Source: Lingula anatina (taxonomy: Eukaryota > Animalia > Brachiopoda). From it: a stretch of 64,000 bases of DNA. The stretch lies in the NCBI GenBank assembly GCA_051362555.1, contig CM120644.1, forward strand, positions 18,126,534 to 18,190,533, in the 5' to 3' direction. Every line of letters begins with the position of its first letter. The stretch's first letter is position 1. Position numbers and translations under genes: made by a program. Below are positions 1 through 14,275 of this stretch, piece after piece. The notes under the pieces are model-generated. The model was given only the letters and a program-made list of their open reading frames with translations. It had not been told where the DNA came from and made no database searches.

Positions 1-2797
1 AATGTGAACAAACGACTTTAACCTGCAATTTGAAGTCTGCATCAAAACAGCACCACTGTATATCTTGTACTATACAAGAAAAGCAGTGCTCCAAAGTTCT
101 AAAGGCATTTAGTGCTAATGCTTTAAGAGAAAAAGACCAAAAATCAGTCGAAAAATTCACAGAAAGGTTTTCTAGGACACGAAATGACCTTAAAGACCTT
201 AGACACAATTAACACAACCCTATGGGTAATTATCCGCCTAACCTCACTTCAATTTCAAATTAAGGCTCACATTCTCGTAAATGAGCGCGAGGTCTCCAAT
301 AACCGCTGTGCAAGACGCGACAGTGTGCAATTGTATAGCGATACACCGTCATTATTCCGCGTATTGTAGCGGGGCTTTATTGCCGTATTCACGAAGCCAG
401 ATTCAATACAATACAAGATGGTGGAGCTAATATAATGTCTGATCCTACTGTGTCCTAAGCTAAATGCTCCAGCGCATTTGTGACTGGTTTTAAGAGAACG
501 AACCGAAGAATGGTTGACCAACGCAGTTTTTACGAAACAGGTTCCCAGCTGGGTCTTACAGAAATGCGGGTTTTTTTGGTCGAAAATTGATTACATTATA
601 CCTTGCAGACACCATGGTCCGTAGCAGTGCATTTGTTATTTATGTTCAGATTTGTGAGGGGGTGGATGTGGAAGCGATTTGTTAGGACAAATTTTCTGAT
701 ATATCCACTTAAATACTTTTTTTCAGGAATAGGTTCTATTGAAAACGGCGTAGGCACAAGTGTTTATGAAAAAATGAGGTTTTATTCCACGCAATAGTAA
801 TATATCAAATGTCGCAATTAGGCAAAAGCAAATAGTTCAGATAATTGAAAGATGAAAAACAACATATACAAAGACCACCTACAGCGAATGTCATCTGTTA
901 TTGCTTTTACGTGACCCATTCAGAAAGAGATAAAACATGACATGCCAGTGGGTAAGTTTAACCCAAATTAGATCTAAGTGAAAACTGATCTATCGCACAT
1001 TTAATTGATGTGACTGTAAAAGGGAAAACTTTGTCGCAAATAATTTTATATATGTCATGCGATATTTTGTTCCTACATCTACAAATAATAAAATACATCG
1101 ATTGTTAGCTTTTAGTTAAACAATTAATTCGTTTAACACGCCCCTTATGGCAAACGAAAAAGCAAGTCTGGGTGCAATATTTACTCCGCTAAGTCTATTA
1201 AATAAAGAACAAAACGGTCTTTAGTGAGGACAGGTGTGGTTGGAGGCAACTGGTTGCCGACCTCCGGACCGAAGGCGGACACTGATGATGATGATGATGA
1301 TGTTGGCGATGATGATGTTATCTGTGTTTGTTTGAGTCGGAAACCCGACAGTGTCATGGTTGAGGAATAAGTTAGTATATTTTCCCCCACAGAAACTCTT
1401 TACCCCCGGTACATATACGCGAAGATTGTTTATTTGGGTGGAAATGACACTTATACGCACTACCATCTACACTGTATACCAGGGGTGCACTTCTCTTACA
1501 GCAGAAAATCGTGGCATGAAATTTCCAGAGACATATATGTGAATATATTAGTGAAAAATCCATCTGTGACCTTGGTACAGGGTATATTCAAACAACTTTC
1601 TTCTCCATAGCGACTGTCTCAGCGACAGAGTATGTAATAACCTTCAGCTACACGTATAAACCTGAAAGGTTTTAGACATAACCGACGCATCTTGCCTCAG
1701 GAAAAAAAATAACATCACCTGGACGAGATTTTGGACTTAAAGGATCATGTCTTCTTTCGTGTTGTGTAGCCTTAAGTGTCCTAATGTTTACAATGTTAAC
1801 GGCTAGAGGGTATCCATTTGTCCTCAATGGAGAGCGCTAATGTTCCAAGTGACCATGCTTTGGTCTTGGTGGGTCACGGGTTAGATAAGCTGAGTTCTCG
1901 TCTGCTAAAACTGATCCAATGCTAAAGTTTTCAATGGCACGGAAATTAATCTTACAATATCGAAAAGACCGCCTGCCTGGGATTTCAATATCTACCGGTG
2001 AGTAAACCGCGTCGTTGCAATGAACATGCCAGCGCATATCCCAGTAGATTCTGTGACGGCATTGTAAAATGAGCATCTAAATGAGTATTTTGAATAAAAG
2101 GACAAATGATCTAATTGATTCAATATACCCAGTCTCAAGGTACAATTACTTTGTGCACGGCACAAAATTATCCTCGGTATTATTCTCTCCAAAAGCATAT
2201 TTGAAATCAAGTATTTATTAGCACGTGCGTCGAAAAATAAATTTTCGCTTCATGCTCCAGTAATATTACACGCCTAACGTCATCGTTGGCGGGTATGGGG
2301 TTGGGGTGAGGGTTGGCAGTATGGAATGTCCATTTTTTAAAATGAATTGGAATTTTAAAATGCGCCAGGGCCGTTCAATCGTTTCTAGGACCAATAAAAA
2401 GCTTACCTTTTGTCCTGTTCTAGATGCGTGGTCAACAGTCGAGTAAATATGATGCTGTGCTCGCTTTGGCTGCGTTTAATTCATTCCATTTATTGGATCC
2501 CTACCTGTAGAAAATAAATATTGAGAATGATAATGATATTTCAGACAACAGCAGCAACAAAATACATATACGTTTTAATTTATATCACAGGAACCCAAAC
2601 GATCCATCAGTTCGATGAATGTATATAACAAAGAAAGTGACGCATAATTGCGAACGAAAGAGATGACATTGCATTTGAAATGAATTCTCTCTATAATATC
2701 CGCTATAAAATATCCTATGATGTGAAAAAATACATTTTGCTGAGGTGCCACTCAATGTTTTTTATCTATCTAATATCCTTTCGTCCTATATTCTCAA

Positions 2798-2840
<43 letters not shown>
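2798..2840. repeat. (AAT)n microsatellite; also at 38573-38618 and 43717-43758
   Basis: Directly visible. Confidence 0.95.
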
Positions 2841-2843
<3 letters not shown>

Positions 2844-5007
2844 TAAAAGAATCCGATAGTCATACCATGCACTTACCTACATGTACCCAAGCCGACCGTT
2901 GCAAGCAAAATAGTTTCGTATTACTATACTTTCAATTTTTTTACAAAAGTTCCCAACACGACCATCGCTATGCTCCAACCCTGTCACAAAACTGCCTCTG
3001 CACAGCTACATTATTTGGTCAAAAAAGTGTCATACATACATACATACATACATACAAACATACATACGTACTAGACATACATGTACTGTACATATGCCCC
3101 ATACCTTAATTATCGCATATATGTCGCTCACAAGAAAGTTGAGGTATAACATCGCATTGCCAGGCATACAAAAACTGGTGTCATGATTTGTATACAAATT
3201 GCAATTTATATGCAATAATAGATTATCAGTCGTAAGAATAAAACAGTCGTAGATCTAAAACCGACAACGAAGACAACAAACAATATGTGGTCGCCAGAGT
3301 GTGGGTTGTCTAAAAATAACTGCCTTAGTTATACGACTTATTAGGTAATTGTACTGCTAATTCGGTTTACATCTATCTAGACTTGCGTTCAAGTACTTGA
3401 ATACCTCCCTAGTGAATACCCGCTATTCATAAACACCTAATTAACGATAAGATTTATTTATCTGGAAACATTAAGCAAAAGTGACTTTGATTGTCGAAGT
3501 GCGAACACGCTGCCTGCATGACATGTGAAGTGAATTACATCACAGCCTACACGTGCCTAAGAAAACTATTCTTAGAAATTCCTTTACTCGGAATCACTTA
3601 AGCGCCACTCAAACCAATAACCCTAGCTTTCCTTTCGTAAAGATATCCAGGGCACTTAAGACGAGAGGGTTTCCCATGAAACAGCAAGTCAAAGTGGCTT
3701 TGGTTGCGGAAGAACAAACCACCTTGAAATATCATATAGGAGAAAAAGTGAAATCACTCAGTACAAGTGAATTACGCTGTACGAGCCGAGTGTACCACTT
3801 AAAAATCGCCACTCAGACAAATAACCTTGTCTTCTAGCATGTGTTAATAAATACATTTTTCCCAGGTTCGCTGAACTAGAGACCTCATTTGGCTACCGGT
3901 AAGTTCTCTTTGAGGAAGAACATTTTTCAGCGCGCCCATAATGAAGCATTGATGTCAGATCGGATAAGTTGTTTAACGGAATAAAACGGATGTGGCAATT
4001 AGACATTTTGTTTGTGATTCCAGCAACCGCAAAATAAGACACTAGACATTGCTACACAGCGGACTTTACGACACAAGCATGGTGCCAGCATCTGGTCAGT
4101 GACGTCACATACTCGGCAACTCCAAAGCAATTGCAGGTGCGACGCCATGGTAACGCAAGAAGAACACAAAACTGAGTATGCATAAAACACGTAAAAGAAA
4201 AAAGATAATTTGAGCAAAAGGTGTCCGATGGAAAAAAAGGTTTAAATTGAAATGGACCTGATAAGACACGGCGTAAGATAGACGTCTGAGGTTATACCCA
4301 GTAGTATCGGTACCACCCGATAGACGGCACCGCAGTCGTCTTATCAAACGACGTAAGTGAAGTAATTACAAGTGAAGGGGTGTGTATATGTAACACTGGT
4401 ATTACAATTATAAAAATCTCACGCTGGTGTTCTGTCAAAATACTTTGGCTTGTTTGTTCTCTGACCCGTCTTCAGTTCAATTCCAAACCACCCATTCCCC
4501 AATTTCTGGACAGATTATGCCCCATTAACGTAAAGTCGAAATATCACAGAACAATTTCAAAGGACGCCACCCCAAAACTTTTCTTTATATTCCAGACGGA
4601 TCATGTCTCCTAAACGTAAGAAAAACTATCATTAGACAGTTCTGATTTATTCCGTCCTGGAATTGAGCTTCTTATCCTTATTTTCTGGACAGACTGTATC
4701 TCATTATAGAGCGATAATGAATCATTATGGAGCTGCAAGGGTTTTAAGCATTTTTCCACATCAAATTTAATGATGAAATTTTTACCAGACAATCCTGGGA
4801 TCCGGCTTAAGAAATTGAACAATTGGTCACTAGATGATTGTAGAGAACCTAATAACTGACAACATCTACATATACCTGTATGTGTAATGTAGAATTGCCG
4901 TAAGTAACATACGGAATGTTGTCGTTTGTTTTTCAGTTGATATCCACCCAAATCAAGTAAATTAAATTATGTGAATATACAAATAACGGTTATGCAAAAC
5001 GCTAGTG

Positions 5008-5011
<4 letters not shown>

Positions 5012-5057
<46 letters not shown>
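5012..5057. repeat. (AG)n microsatellite; others at 8717-8754, 10169-10250, 31818-31849, 55705-55733
   Basis: Directly visible. Confidence 0.95.
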
Positions 5058-5605
5058 CTTCAAGACGCGTGACTTAATGACCATCCACGCAATGAATACC
5101 AAATTGCCAATCACCAATGCACCACGGAGTGTTTCGGAACTGCGCGACAATCTCCATCAGAACCGCCATCAATTACATGATTATTAGGTATTGTCCTTAC
5201 CCGGGGAGAATTCCCGCCACTTAGCGGAGGAAATTGACTTCCCATATTGATGATCCATGGTTGCTTTGTCGTGCGTGAAATGAGAGTGAATTGTATCTGT
5301 AATGCACAGGAAGTGGTTCAAGTCAACTCTTAAGTTACAAATAACTGCCGTCACTCACGATAAGAATTATAAAATTAACAATTTACTCATTAAGTTAATG
5401 GGACATAAGTGCGTAGCCAGGAGGTAATCCCGGTTGTTTTACTATAGAAAACGTGCTTTATAGAAGAGAATGGACTGCATGCCCAAAGGACGTTGTGTCT
5501 CATTGCAAACTAGTGATTAAACAACGACCATAACAATGTCTTGTAAAAGTACACGCCAACTCACACTCACACGCATACCCTCTCATACACGTACGCACAC
5601 ACACA

Positions 5606-5641
<36 letters not shown>

Positions 5642-6099
5642 TACTCAACCCCCCCCCCCGAGTCCACACACACGACGGTGTTTCAAAAGACTTTCAAAAA
5701 CTGATAACTGATCTCGCTTATGTCACAAAAAAATCCTAGAACCATCAACATCACATCTAAAGGTGCGTTCTCATGTACATAGATGAAAGCTAGTCCTCTG
5801 TCGAGGAAGCCCTATTCTGCGTGTCATATAGACAAGATGACCACAGACAGGAAAATGAATCAGCCTATTTTCGTAAGCCAGTCACTTGCGTGTTCAGCAA
5901 AGGAAAAGTAACATAGAGGTGACAATTGATGTTTGACGCAAATTAAGTCGTGAGTTTCGTCTACATATTTATTTGTCTAAAAGTGCACCATTGTTGATGA
6001 AAACATACATCTCCACCCTTTGCCATGAGACATATTTCGCGTGACATATGGTGTGACGCGAAAACACAAACGTGAACAGTGCTCAATCACTACACTTAA

Positions 6100-6359
6100 G
6101 ACCCCATTCCCATACTTAGATCGGTCTAACAGGAACGGCCCATCTCCCAAGGTTTTCTCGCTAAATTGCTTTCAGCTTAAGGGGCTTAGATGTCTGACAC
6201 ACTGACTGAAGCTGCTTAGCGATAGTTAATTATCCCCTAGCAGTTTCTGTAGGCATGACAGACATCTAAGCCGCTTATATTGATTGCAATTTATCAATCG
6301 AGAATCTCTTGGAGATAGATCGACCCACAGTTAGTACGATAGGGTCTGGGAAAGGCCCC
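6100..6359. mobile_element. MITE family A (Tourist/PIF-Harbinger-like foldback, ~200-260 bp), copy 1
   Basis: Inverted ends TTCCCA..TTAGATCG / CGA..TGGGAA and internal GCTAAATTGC..AGCTT / GCAATTT; homologous to 5 other copies in the window. Confidence 0.7.
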
Positions 6360-6429
6360 TATGCTAAGTACCCACAGAGATGAAAAGTTAACTAGAAAAC
6401 ACGACGCACGTCCAAATAAACCCCCTTAA

Positions 6430-6655
6430 GACTGGGTTCCCACAGATTTAGATCGATCCATCTGGATCGACCTAACTCCCTGGGGATTCACGCTAAATTG
6501 CTGTCAGCTTCCGGGAGCTGAGTGCGCACAAAAGTTAATTACCCCCTTACAGCTTTTAGTAGGCGGGACAGACATTTAAGCCGGTTAAGCTGACAGCAAT
6601 CTAGTGAGACTCCCCACGGGGATAGATCGATCTAAATATATGTGGGAATGGTCTC
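6430..6655. mobile_element. MITE family A, copy 2
   Basis: TTCCCACAGATTTAGATCGATC / GATCGATCTAAATATATGTGGGAA inverted repeat. Confidence 0.78.
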
Positions 6656-6964
6656 ATAGAGTCAGGCTGAAAACAATCTTGGTCAAAGCCATGTGAAAAT
6701 GGATTTCGTGTCTACGCCATTATAAAAAAGTCGCAGTAGTCATCGTATTTTAATAACAGACAATGACTCTATTTTTAACTGTCTTGCGTGTTCGTTTTTT
6801 AACCTTACGTGCATTTAGCTAAATATGAATAAAACAATAAAACAGTGTTGAGAGATCTGAAAAACGATACACCATATATGAGATAAATCATTAATAGTGA
6901 AATATGCACAGCCGATTTTTATGGCGGGAATAATAGTGCTGTACAGGACATTAGCAACTACAAA

Positions 6965-6979
6965 CGAGAGACAGAGAGA

Positions 6980-7016
<37 letters not shown>

Positions 7017-7066
7017 GGTGTACATGTATGTGTGTGTGTGTGAGAGAGAGAGATGGTGTTCATGTA

Positions 7067-7111
<45 letters not shown>
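6965..7111. repeat. Compound (AG)n/(TG)n microsatellite; similar at 10404-10478 and 18080-18139
   Basis: Directly visible. Confidence 0.95.
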
Positions 7112-7113
<2 letters not shown>

Positions 7114-8713
7114 CTTTCAAAAGACTGCGCATTCTTGTCAGAACCTTATCATGTACGCATTATTACGCTCACACGCGGAATATACGCATCGGTTTGAACA
7201 TGATTTAAAACCACATGTACCGTAGACTACAGCAGACAGTTTTAATTTTCTGTCTACATTTTTCGAAATCGCGGACTTCACTTTCTCCAACAGTGGAGAG
7301 ATCCTAAACACACCATTTCATATGAACTATTGAGCACAAACAACGTTATAACCTGTATCAAATGCAAGTAATTTTTGTGAAGTCAGAAAACAATGTTATT
7401 TACATGTATCAAGAAAAAAAGCTCACCTGCTGGAATAACTAATCTTTCTACACTAAGCGTCCATCTTTGGCCTTATATGATATGAGAGCTTGACTAAAAA
7501 CTCGATAAAGCAAAAAAAAAAAGTTCTCAAAACAAAGATCCTTCGTCTCTTTTTCTCATGTCGTGATGACACGCATGAGTTTTTAATTTTTTGACACTCG
7601 TTTCAATTTTAGCTGGCAGTCGAAATGTGTTGTACTCAGAGTTGGCAATCGCCACAGTTTCAATTATCGTCTGCTCTGGCAAACTGTCGTCTTTTCCAGA
7701 AGCCTGTCGTCTGCAAGTGAATTGTAATGGATGGCATTGTGTGTTTGCAGATTTTTGGAAACTTCAGTTTTCATGTCGCACGCATATTTTTCCTTGGAGC
7801 TATATGTTGATCACGCAATATGAGTTTTTCTCCCTTTACATTCAGTCCGAGCCTTCACCTTTTAAAACCCGAACGTCTCAGGAATTTTACTTTTTGGGTT
7901 GTGCATGTAGCAACTACATCCACACACTTAACTATTTTGGCAATTTTAAAAAGGCAGGAAAAAAACTGGCAAATAATAGGAAATATAATGCCAAAAAACA
8001 TCTTGTTTACCAATACATAATACTTTCATAGGTTTATTATAGTCGGTTTGGCACGCGTCTTGAATCTCTCATTCGAGAGAAAGTTATTTTACACAATTAT
8101 TCAATGATTTTTCAGTTATTGCACACATTCGTTTTCACGCGCCTCCTAAAAAAAGAAATCAGAAACAGTTTACGGACGGTAAACAGCATTCCTTCGTTAA
8201 AATAACCAACTGTGAAACACGGTTTATCCTTATTGTTCACCTATTAGCCTTTCCTAATACCTTATTTAAACATACGTAAACATTTAATCTCTCTTGTCAG
8301 GCCTCTGTCGACTACAATATTGGAACATTCACACATAATCTAACCTTTAAGTGTTCCCCCTGAGGAGCCGTGTTCGTTTAACTAGATTTTGAATGTTCCA
8401 ACTCAACCGCGTAAACTCGGTACACGTTCCGGAACACGAGGGGTGAAACTCGAGTCCCCAGTCGCTCCGTCAGGGAGGGATATTTTTAGTAAAACTACTT
8501 AAACTCATTTGAAAACAATTTCTTGGATTACCACGAAGGTGTGATTTTACGCGGCGTAATGACACCCCCGGCCACCTTGTCAGTCACCGGTGTCAGCTTT
8601 AAGCATGGTTAGATAGAAATAACTTATTTAAGTCTAAATGGTTGGTTTTGGGATTGAGTCACTTAAGGGCGACATTTTGGGGGCTCGGGTTATGACGCAC
8701 TTAACGAATCAAC

Positions 8714-8757
<44 letters not shown>

Positions 8758-8825
8758 AATTCCAAAACATTCTAAATATTTTAAAGATAATTTATGCTGA
8801 AATCTTTATTTTAAAATTTTGCTTA

Positions 8826-9090
8826 TTTTGCAAATCACAAATGCAGAGAGCACACGTCGTGCGTTATGTTTATAAAACGATATGCTTACATTGATGCACA
8901 TATGTAGAAAGACACGCCTGGCTTTTTTTGGCGAAATGAATAGCAGTCGTAATATATTCATGCTCATTTTGCAAATCACAAATGCAGAGTGTACATGTCG
9001 TATGTTATGTTTATAAATGATATGTTTACATTGAAGTACACATGTAGAAAGACACACCTGGCTATTTTGCAAAATGAATAGCAGTCGTGA
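8826..9090. repeat. Two-copy ~141-bp tandem duplication
   Basis: TTTTGCAAATCACAAATGCAGAG...GAATAGCAGTCGT occurs at 8826 and 8967. Confidence 0.85.
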
Positions 9091-10167
9091 TATCCAGCCA
9101 ACAAAATAGAAAATTACCACCTGGGATGCAATATAACTTGGATTTTTTCTACTTCTTTGGTCTTAATTTGTTTTTCTCTGACCACGGTTACACGCCCATG
9201 TCATGTAAGACAAGCCCCGATTACGACGGCAGCATGTCCCTAGCCTAAAGCCATGATCTGAATACGCTTTTAACCTTTTCCCTTGGATAAAACTGTAGAT
9301 GAAGCGACCGTATTGGTTTTCTTTCTTTTCTTTTCTTTTCTTTTTCTTTCGATAAAAACCCTTTACAAAGAATATTTACAAAAAATATGACAAAGAAATA
9401 CCGAAGAGTTTTTTCTTATTTAATTTTAATCGATATCAATAAGGACTAAAGATCAAAATGACAGGTGCGCAGTGTAATTCGGGTGCATTGAATTGTGTCT
9501 GTTTGCGGTATTACAAAAATGATTGTAAATGCCGTAACTTACTCACATGATGTTAATTCTGACAGGTCAATAGTACAGATGAGACCTAACAATCACGGTA
9601 CACATTCCGTTTTAATAAAAGAAAAACTATTTCATGTTTTGCTTCGCTCGAAAAACAAAGAAAAAACATCAGTAGCGAAGATAATTGAAACAATAGCTAT
9701 TTGGCAAAAACTCCTGACCACCACCTGTAAAAGTGGACTGATTTTCCCCTCCTTAACCTTGACTTAAACACGTGAAAAAAAAAACTTCCTTACCAGTCGA
9801 GAGATATTCACATACCGTGCAAACTTCCTTTACAAACGCATCACGCGCCTGCTGGGGTTGGTTAGCGTCCGTGTAATCCCGTAGAGAGAATTTGTTTTAA
9901 GGTCTTGTTGAACATTTAACGCGGTGTAAATAGAAGAGGGGTCGTCTGTTTTTTATTATGTTTCTACAGCGGGTATCAGCGTAATTGCGCAACTGCACAA
10001 AGAGTACAAATAGACTGCAGATTCGGAAGGATGGAATTCTTGCTGTGCAAATGTGCCAATTTTCACGTTCGGATTTAGGAAAAAGAGCAAGACAGACCCG
10101 ATCGAGGTGCTGAGTTCCGCACAATGTCTCGATCCGGTATATATTCCAAATGTAAATCAATAGACCC

Positions 10168-10253
<86 letters not shown>

Positions 10254-10401
10254 TGAATATATAGAGAGAATGAGATAGAAAAGAGAAAGAAAGGGAAAGA
10301 GAAGTGGAGAAGAATTGAAATCGAATATGTACATTGTATTCTTCTCTTTTTGTACATAACATTTCTGGAAAGCCAAAAAAATGTTGAGGTGTGTTTGAGT
10401 A

Positions 10402-10481
<80 letters not shown>

Positions 10482-11600
10482 AGAGACCAACTCCGTGACA
10501 TATTACATGTACCAGTAGGTTTTTTAAATATAAAATTGATGCCGGGTCTCTCTCTCTCTCTCTCTCTGTCTTTTTTTTTTTTTTTTGGGGGGGGGGGGGG
10601 GTCGGAAGGAGACGCTACTTCCGACGCTAAGGGAGGGGTTAGTGCTCCCGTGCCCATCTTAGAATCCGCCATTTGGCTTGTACTTATATTTACAACAAAA
10701 CAAATAAAACGCTATAGTAATGCGTTCAGTCACAAGATAAGAATAAGAACAATTCGAAGTGAAAAGTGCAAGCACACCTAGATACATACTAGTAGTTTAA
10801 TAGATTGATTGATCATTTATTTCAACATGATCGCAGAGTACAAAAAAAAAATTACAATAGCAGAATACGCTAAATAGACAATCAGCTTTGCAGAACAAAC
10901 ATATTTTAACTCATATCAGTAGCTTTAATATGCCGAGCAAAATTGGACAGAAGTATTTGGTTCGAGACCACTATTTAGACACCTATCAGTGTATCTGACA
11001 GTGACATATCCAGTTGCACTGAATTCTTACGACGCCAGCTTTATTGACAGCAAACTTTGATGCACATTAAAGAGTGTTGATGTAATCTCACGACATTTTG
11101 AGAAAGTGACTTTAATTTTCCTTTACGTACTGCTTCTATAGTAGCCATCATTTTCTTTTATGAGAAACAAGGTGATAAATCTTCATAACAAATAAAGTAC
11201 ACGTATCATCAATTAGTGTAAACGACTTTCTTTGAGAGATAAATAGCAATATGGTTTTAGAGAAGTAGACAGTCACTGCACTATAAAATGGGACCCATCC
11301 AAGAAAGCCCAAGTCTCGCTACTAAGCGTATAATCAGGCGAGATTTAACGGTATTTTGAGGAGAGTGGGGTCAGAAATAATGGCAGACAAGGGAATGCGG
11401 TGCAAAAGCGAATAAAAGCTTGCAGGATTTATCCATGGATGTTTTTAGGTCGTTGTCTCTTAAGTGTTGTCGAATTGCAATGGTTCCTGTAGCAGTATGC
11501 ATTCACCGCGTTTTGCGTGTTACGCGTTACCTTTTTGTATTGATTTCAATGCGGCATCACATGTACTGTCGTATCGAGTCTCACTCGTATTGATAAATGG

Positions 11601-11950
11601 TTAAAGGGATAACGACTTCATTTTGGCCAAAAAAATTGATTTTCCTGGGGGTAGAGGACAATTTTTCCATACTTGCCAACGGTAAATGAATTCATTCCCA
11701 CATTCAAAGTTAGTCGATCATTTTTTTTGGTAAAAGGCTTTTTTTTGTAAACTTCTCTTAAGATATTATTTCAGAGAGAAAGTTTCGATGGATGTCACCT
11801 GAGGTAAGCTAAAACTTAAAACTGCGTAGCATCGAAGGAGATTACAAAACGTGACATGGTCCGTGTTAGGCGGGGTTAAAGAGATAACAACTGTTCGTAC
11901 ATGTAAGATATCCATATTTCACAACAAATACATTGTAAACAACTCATGGA
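11601..11950. mobile_element. Two fragments of the Kolobok-like MITE family
   Basis: TTAAAGGGATAACGACTTCATTTTGGCCAAAA at 11601, and the opposite terminus TTAAAGAGATAACAACTGTTCGTA at 11877. Confidence 0.55.
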
Positions 11951-12348
11951 AATGGCGGTTTACGAGTGATTCTGGAATTTGAAATTGCAATCACATCGCG
12001 TGACCCCCATGCGTCGGATCCATACTTGCAAGATTTGAAAATTAGAAATCGTTAGCTTGAACAAAAAAAAATCAAAAAAAAAAAATGATACAAATAATTT
12101 ACTCGATTTTTTTTCATGACTGAAGTGAATAGACATTATTATTTCAACTAAAATCAGAGTGTCTGTTTCTTATCTTCCAATGAAGATTCTATGATTTACA
12201 GTCTTGCCAATACAACGTGAGCTGTTGTCGGGGAAACTGAGCAAGTCGGTAGGTTATAATGATAATCTAATTCAAGATTATCGAAATGGTAATCTGATAA
12301 GGGTCAAGCGAGGTTGCGAGCAGTAGAGCAATAATGATCACAGCTTAA

Positions 12349-12684
12349 AGGGATAATAACTCTTCGTTTTGGCCAAAAAATGAATTTTCCTGGAGTAAAC
12401 AGCAATTTTCCCATACTCACCAATGGTTAATAAATCCATTTTTACATTCATAGTAAGTCCCTGGTTTTTTCTATAAAGTTTGGTTTTTAGTTAAAACCTC
12501 TTAAGAGATTATAACAGAGTATAGCCATCAATGGAGGTCACGTGTCTGAAGACAAGCTCAGATATCAGAATAATAGCTATAACTGCCACTTTTGTGGTAT
12601 AAACAGAATATATAATATTTATATGAGTTGTTCACAATGTTTTTATTGTGAAATATAGATATCATACGAAGAGTTATTATCCCT
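12349..12684 (+). mobile_element. Kolobok-like MITE (TTAA TSD, TIR AGGGATAATAACTCTTCG)
   Basis: TTAA|AGGGATAATAACTCTTCG...CGAAGAGTTATTATCCCT|TTAA. Confidence 0.85.
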
Positions 12685-12688
12685 TTAA

Positions 12689-12934
12689 GACTGGGTTCCC
12701 ATGCCTAGATCGATCCATCTGGATCGGTCTAACTCCTTGGGAGTCTCACTAAATTGCTATCAACTAACCTGCTTAAATGTCTGTCACGCCTACCGAATCA
12801 GTCAGGGGGTAAAGATAATTACCCCCTTACAGCTTTACTGGGCATGACAGTCATTTAAGCCGGTTAAGTTGACAATAAATTTGTAACACTCCCTAGGGAG
12901 AAAGATCGATCGAAATATCCATGGGAATGGTCCC
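12689..12934. mobile_element. MITE family A, copy 3 (TAA TSD), abutting a Kolobok-like MITE
   Basis: TAA|GACTGGGTTCCCATG...CATGGGAATGGTCCC|TAA. Confidence 0.78.
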
Positions 12935-12955
12935 TAACATACATGTAGAGGACAT

Positions 12956-12959
12956 TGTT

Positions 12960-13018
<59 letters not shown>

Positions 13019-13021
13019 TTT
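12956..13021. repeat. (ATTT)n microsatellite; (AAAT)n also at 15000-15055 and 16807-16848
   Basis: Directly visible. Confidence 0.95.
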
Positions 13022-14059
13022 GTGTGTCAGTTTATGCGCAAATGATGACGTACATCAGATAATCCATTTACAGTGTACCAGAAAATATTGCTGTGTTAGA
13101 CACTTATATAAGTTGCCAAGAACACTATTATGTAATAGCTTAAAATTAATACAAAGCATTCTTGGAAAGCATGATATTAATACGTCATCACGCAACGTCA
13201 TCTTTTCTCTTATTTCACCAGATTCTCCAAAACGTCAAGCATGAAGTTTATTTTGAGAAGCACAACACGCGACATTGCATAGTGACAACAGTTTATGGTT
13301 GAAATACTTCACCACTATCTCCAGTGTCAATTACTTTACACCAATAAACTTAAGTTAAAGAATTCCAGCGATACGTCAATCAAGTAATACTTCGGACACC
13401 ACTGCACTTTGACTAAAGCCTCAAAAGAACCACTCTGGCATCGATGTCGCGATATCATAACAAAGTCAAGGGTAATATAGCCTGTACTAAAAGAAAACGC
13501 CGGGGGGAGATTATCCTAATCTTAATCACTTCGAAAGCGTAGACCGAGATTGGAATCAGGAGGTATTGAAATGAGTTTGTGTCGGATTCCACACGGTTTG
13601 ACGCCCCGCAATACGGCGGCATTTCCTCCAGGCTACTTCCAGCTGTACTGCGAAAAAGAAATGAAGGCTATGGGGCATGGGGTAATATCTTACCTAATAT
13701 TTGCGGTGGCAGGTGGAAAAGAGGAGTGTTTTCGGTTTCGTATCCTAAAAGTTATGTTAACCCCCTCTTTATCTACCAAAAACAGTTTAACGCCTGACGT
13801 TCAGTATGTGTATGTGTGTGGATGGGGTTTGGGGGGGGGGGGAGAAGCAGGGCCATTACCCCTTTTGAACTTTCTATGAATCATTACCATCAAAGCGAGG
13901 CAATAGCATAAATAGATGGATAAACAAACAAAAAAACGCAGTAATGGATAAATTGATAGAAAATAAATAAATCAACCCAGCAAACAAACAAACAGATTAA
14001 CCAAGGAATAATTAGATTTGAAAAAAAAAATAATTATCCCAGTCCATCCAGTAAACATA

Positions 14060-14275
14060 GACCCCATTTCCATATATTAGATCGACCTACTTTAGATCGA
14101 CCTAACTCCCTGGGGGTTCACGCTAAATAGCTGTCAGCCGGGCGGACACGAAAGTTAATTACCTCCTTACAGCTTGTAGTAGGCGGGACGGACATTTAAG
14201 TCGGATTATCTGAAAGTAATCTAGTGAGACTCCCCGCGGGGATAGATCGATCTAAAATCTATGGGAATAGAGCCA
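14060..14275. mobile_element. MITE family A, copy 4
   Basis: High similarity to 6430-6655, with inverted ends. Confidence 0.75.

Noticed and set aside
3-212. Open frame at the left edge (CEQTTLTC...DLRHN*)
   Set aside because: No recognisable domain or splice evidence; could be chance.
4610-4951. 113-aa minus-strand ORF
   Set aside because: No recognisable homology and no convincing exon boundaries.
10075-10781. Several 95-171 aa ORFs with SL/ER/HT runs (also 4962-5739, 6815-7225, 17856-18230, 29469-29852)
   Set aside because: Translations of (AG)n/(AC)n microsatellites.
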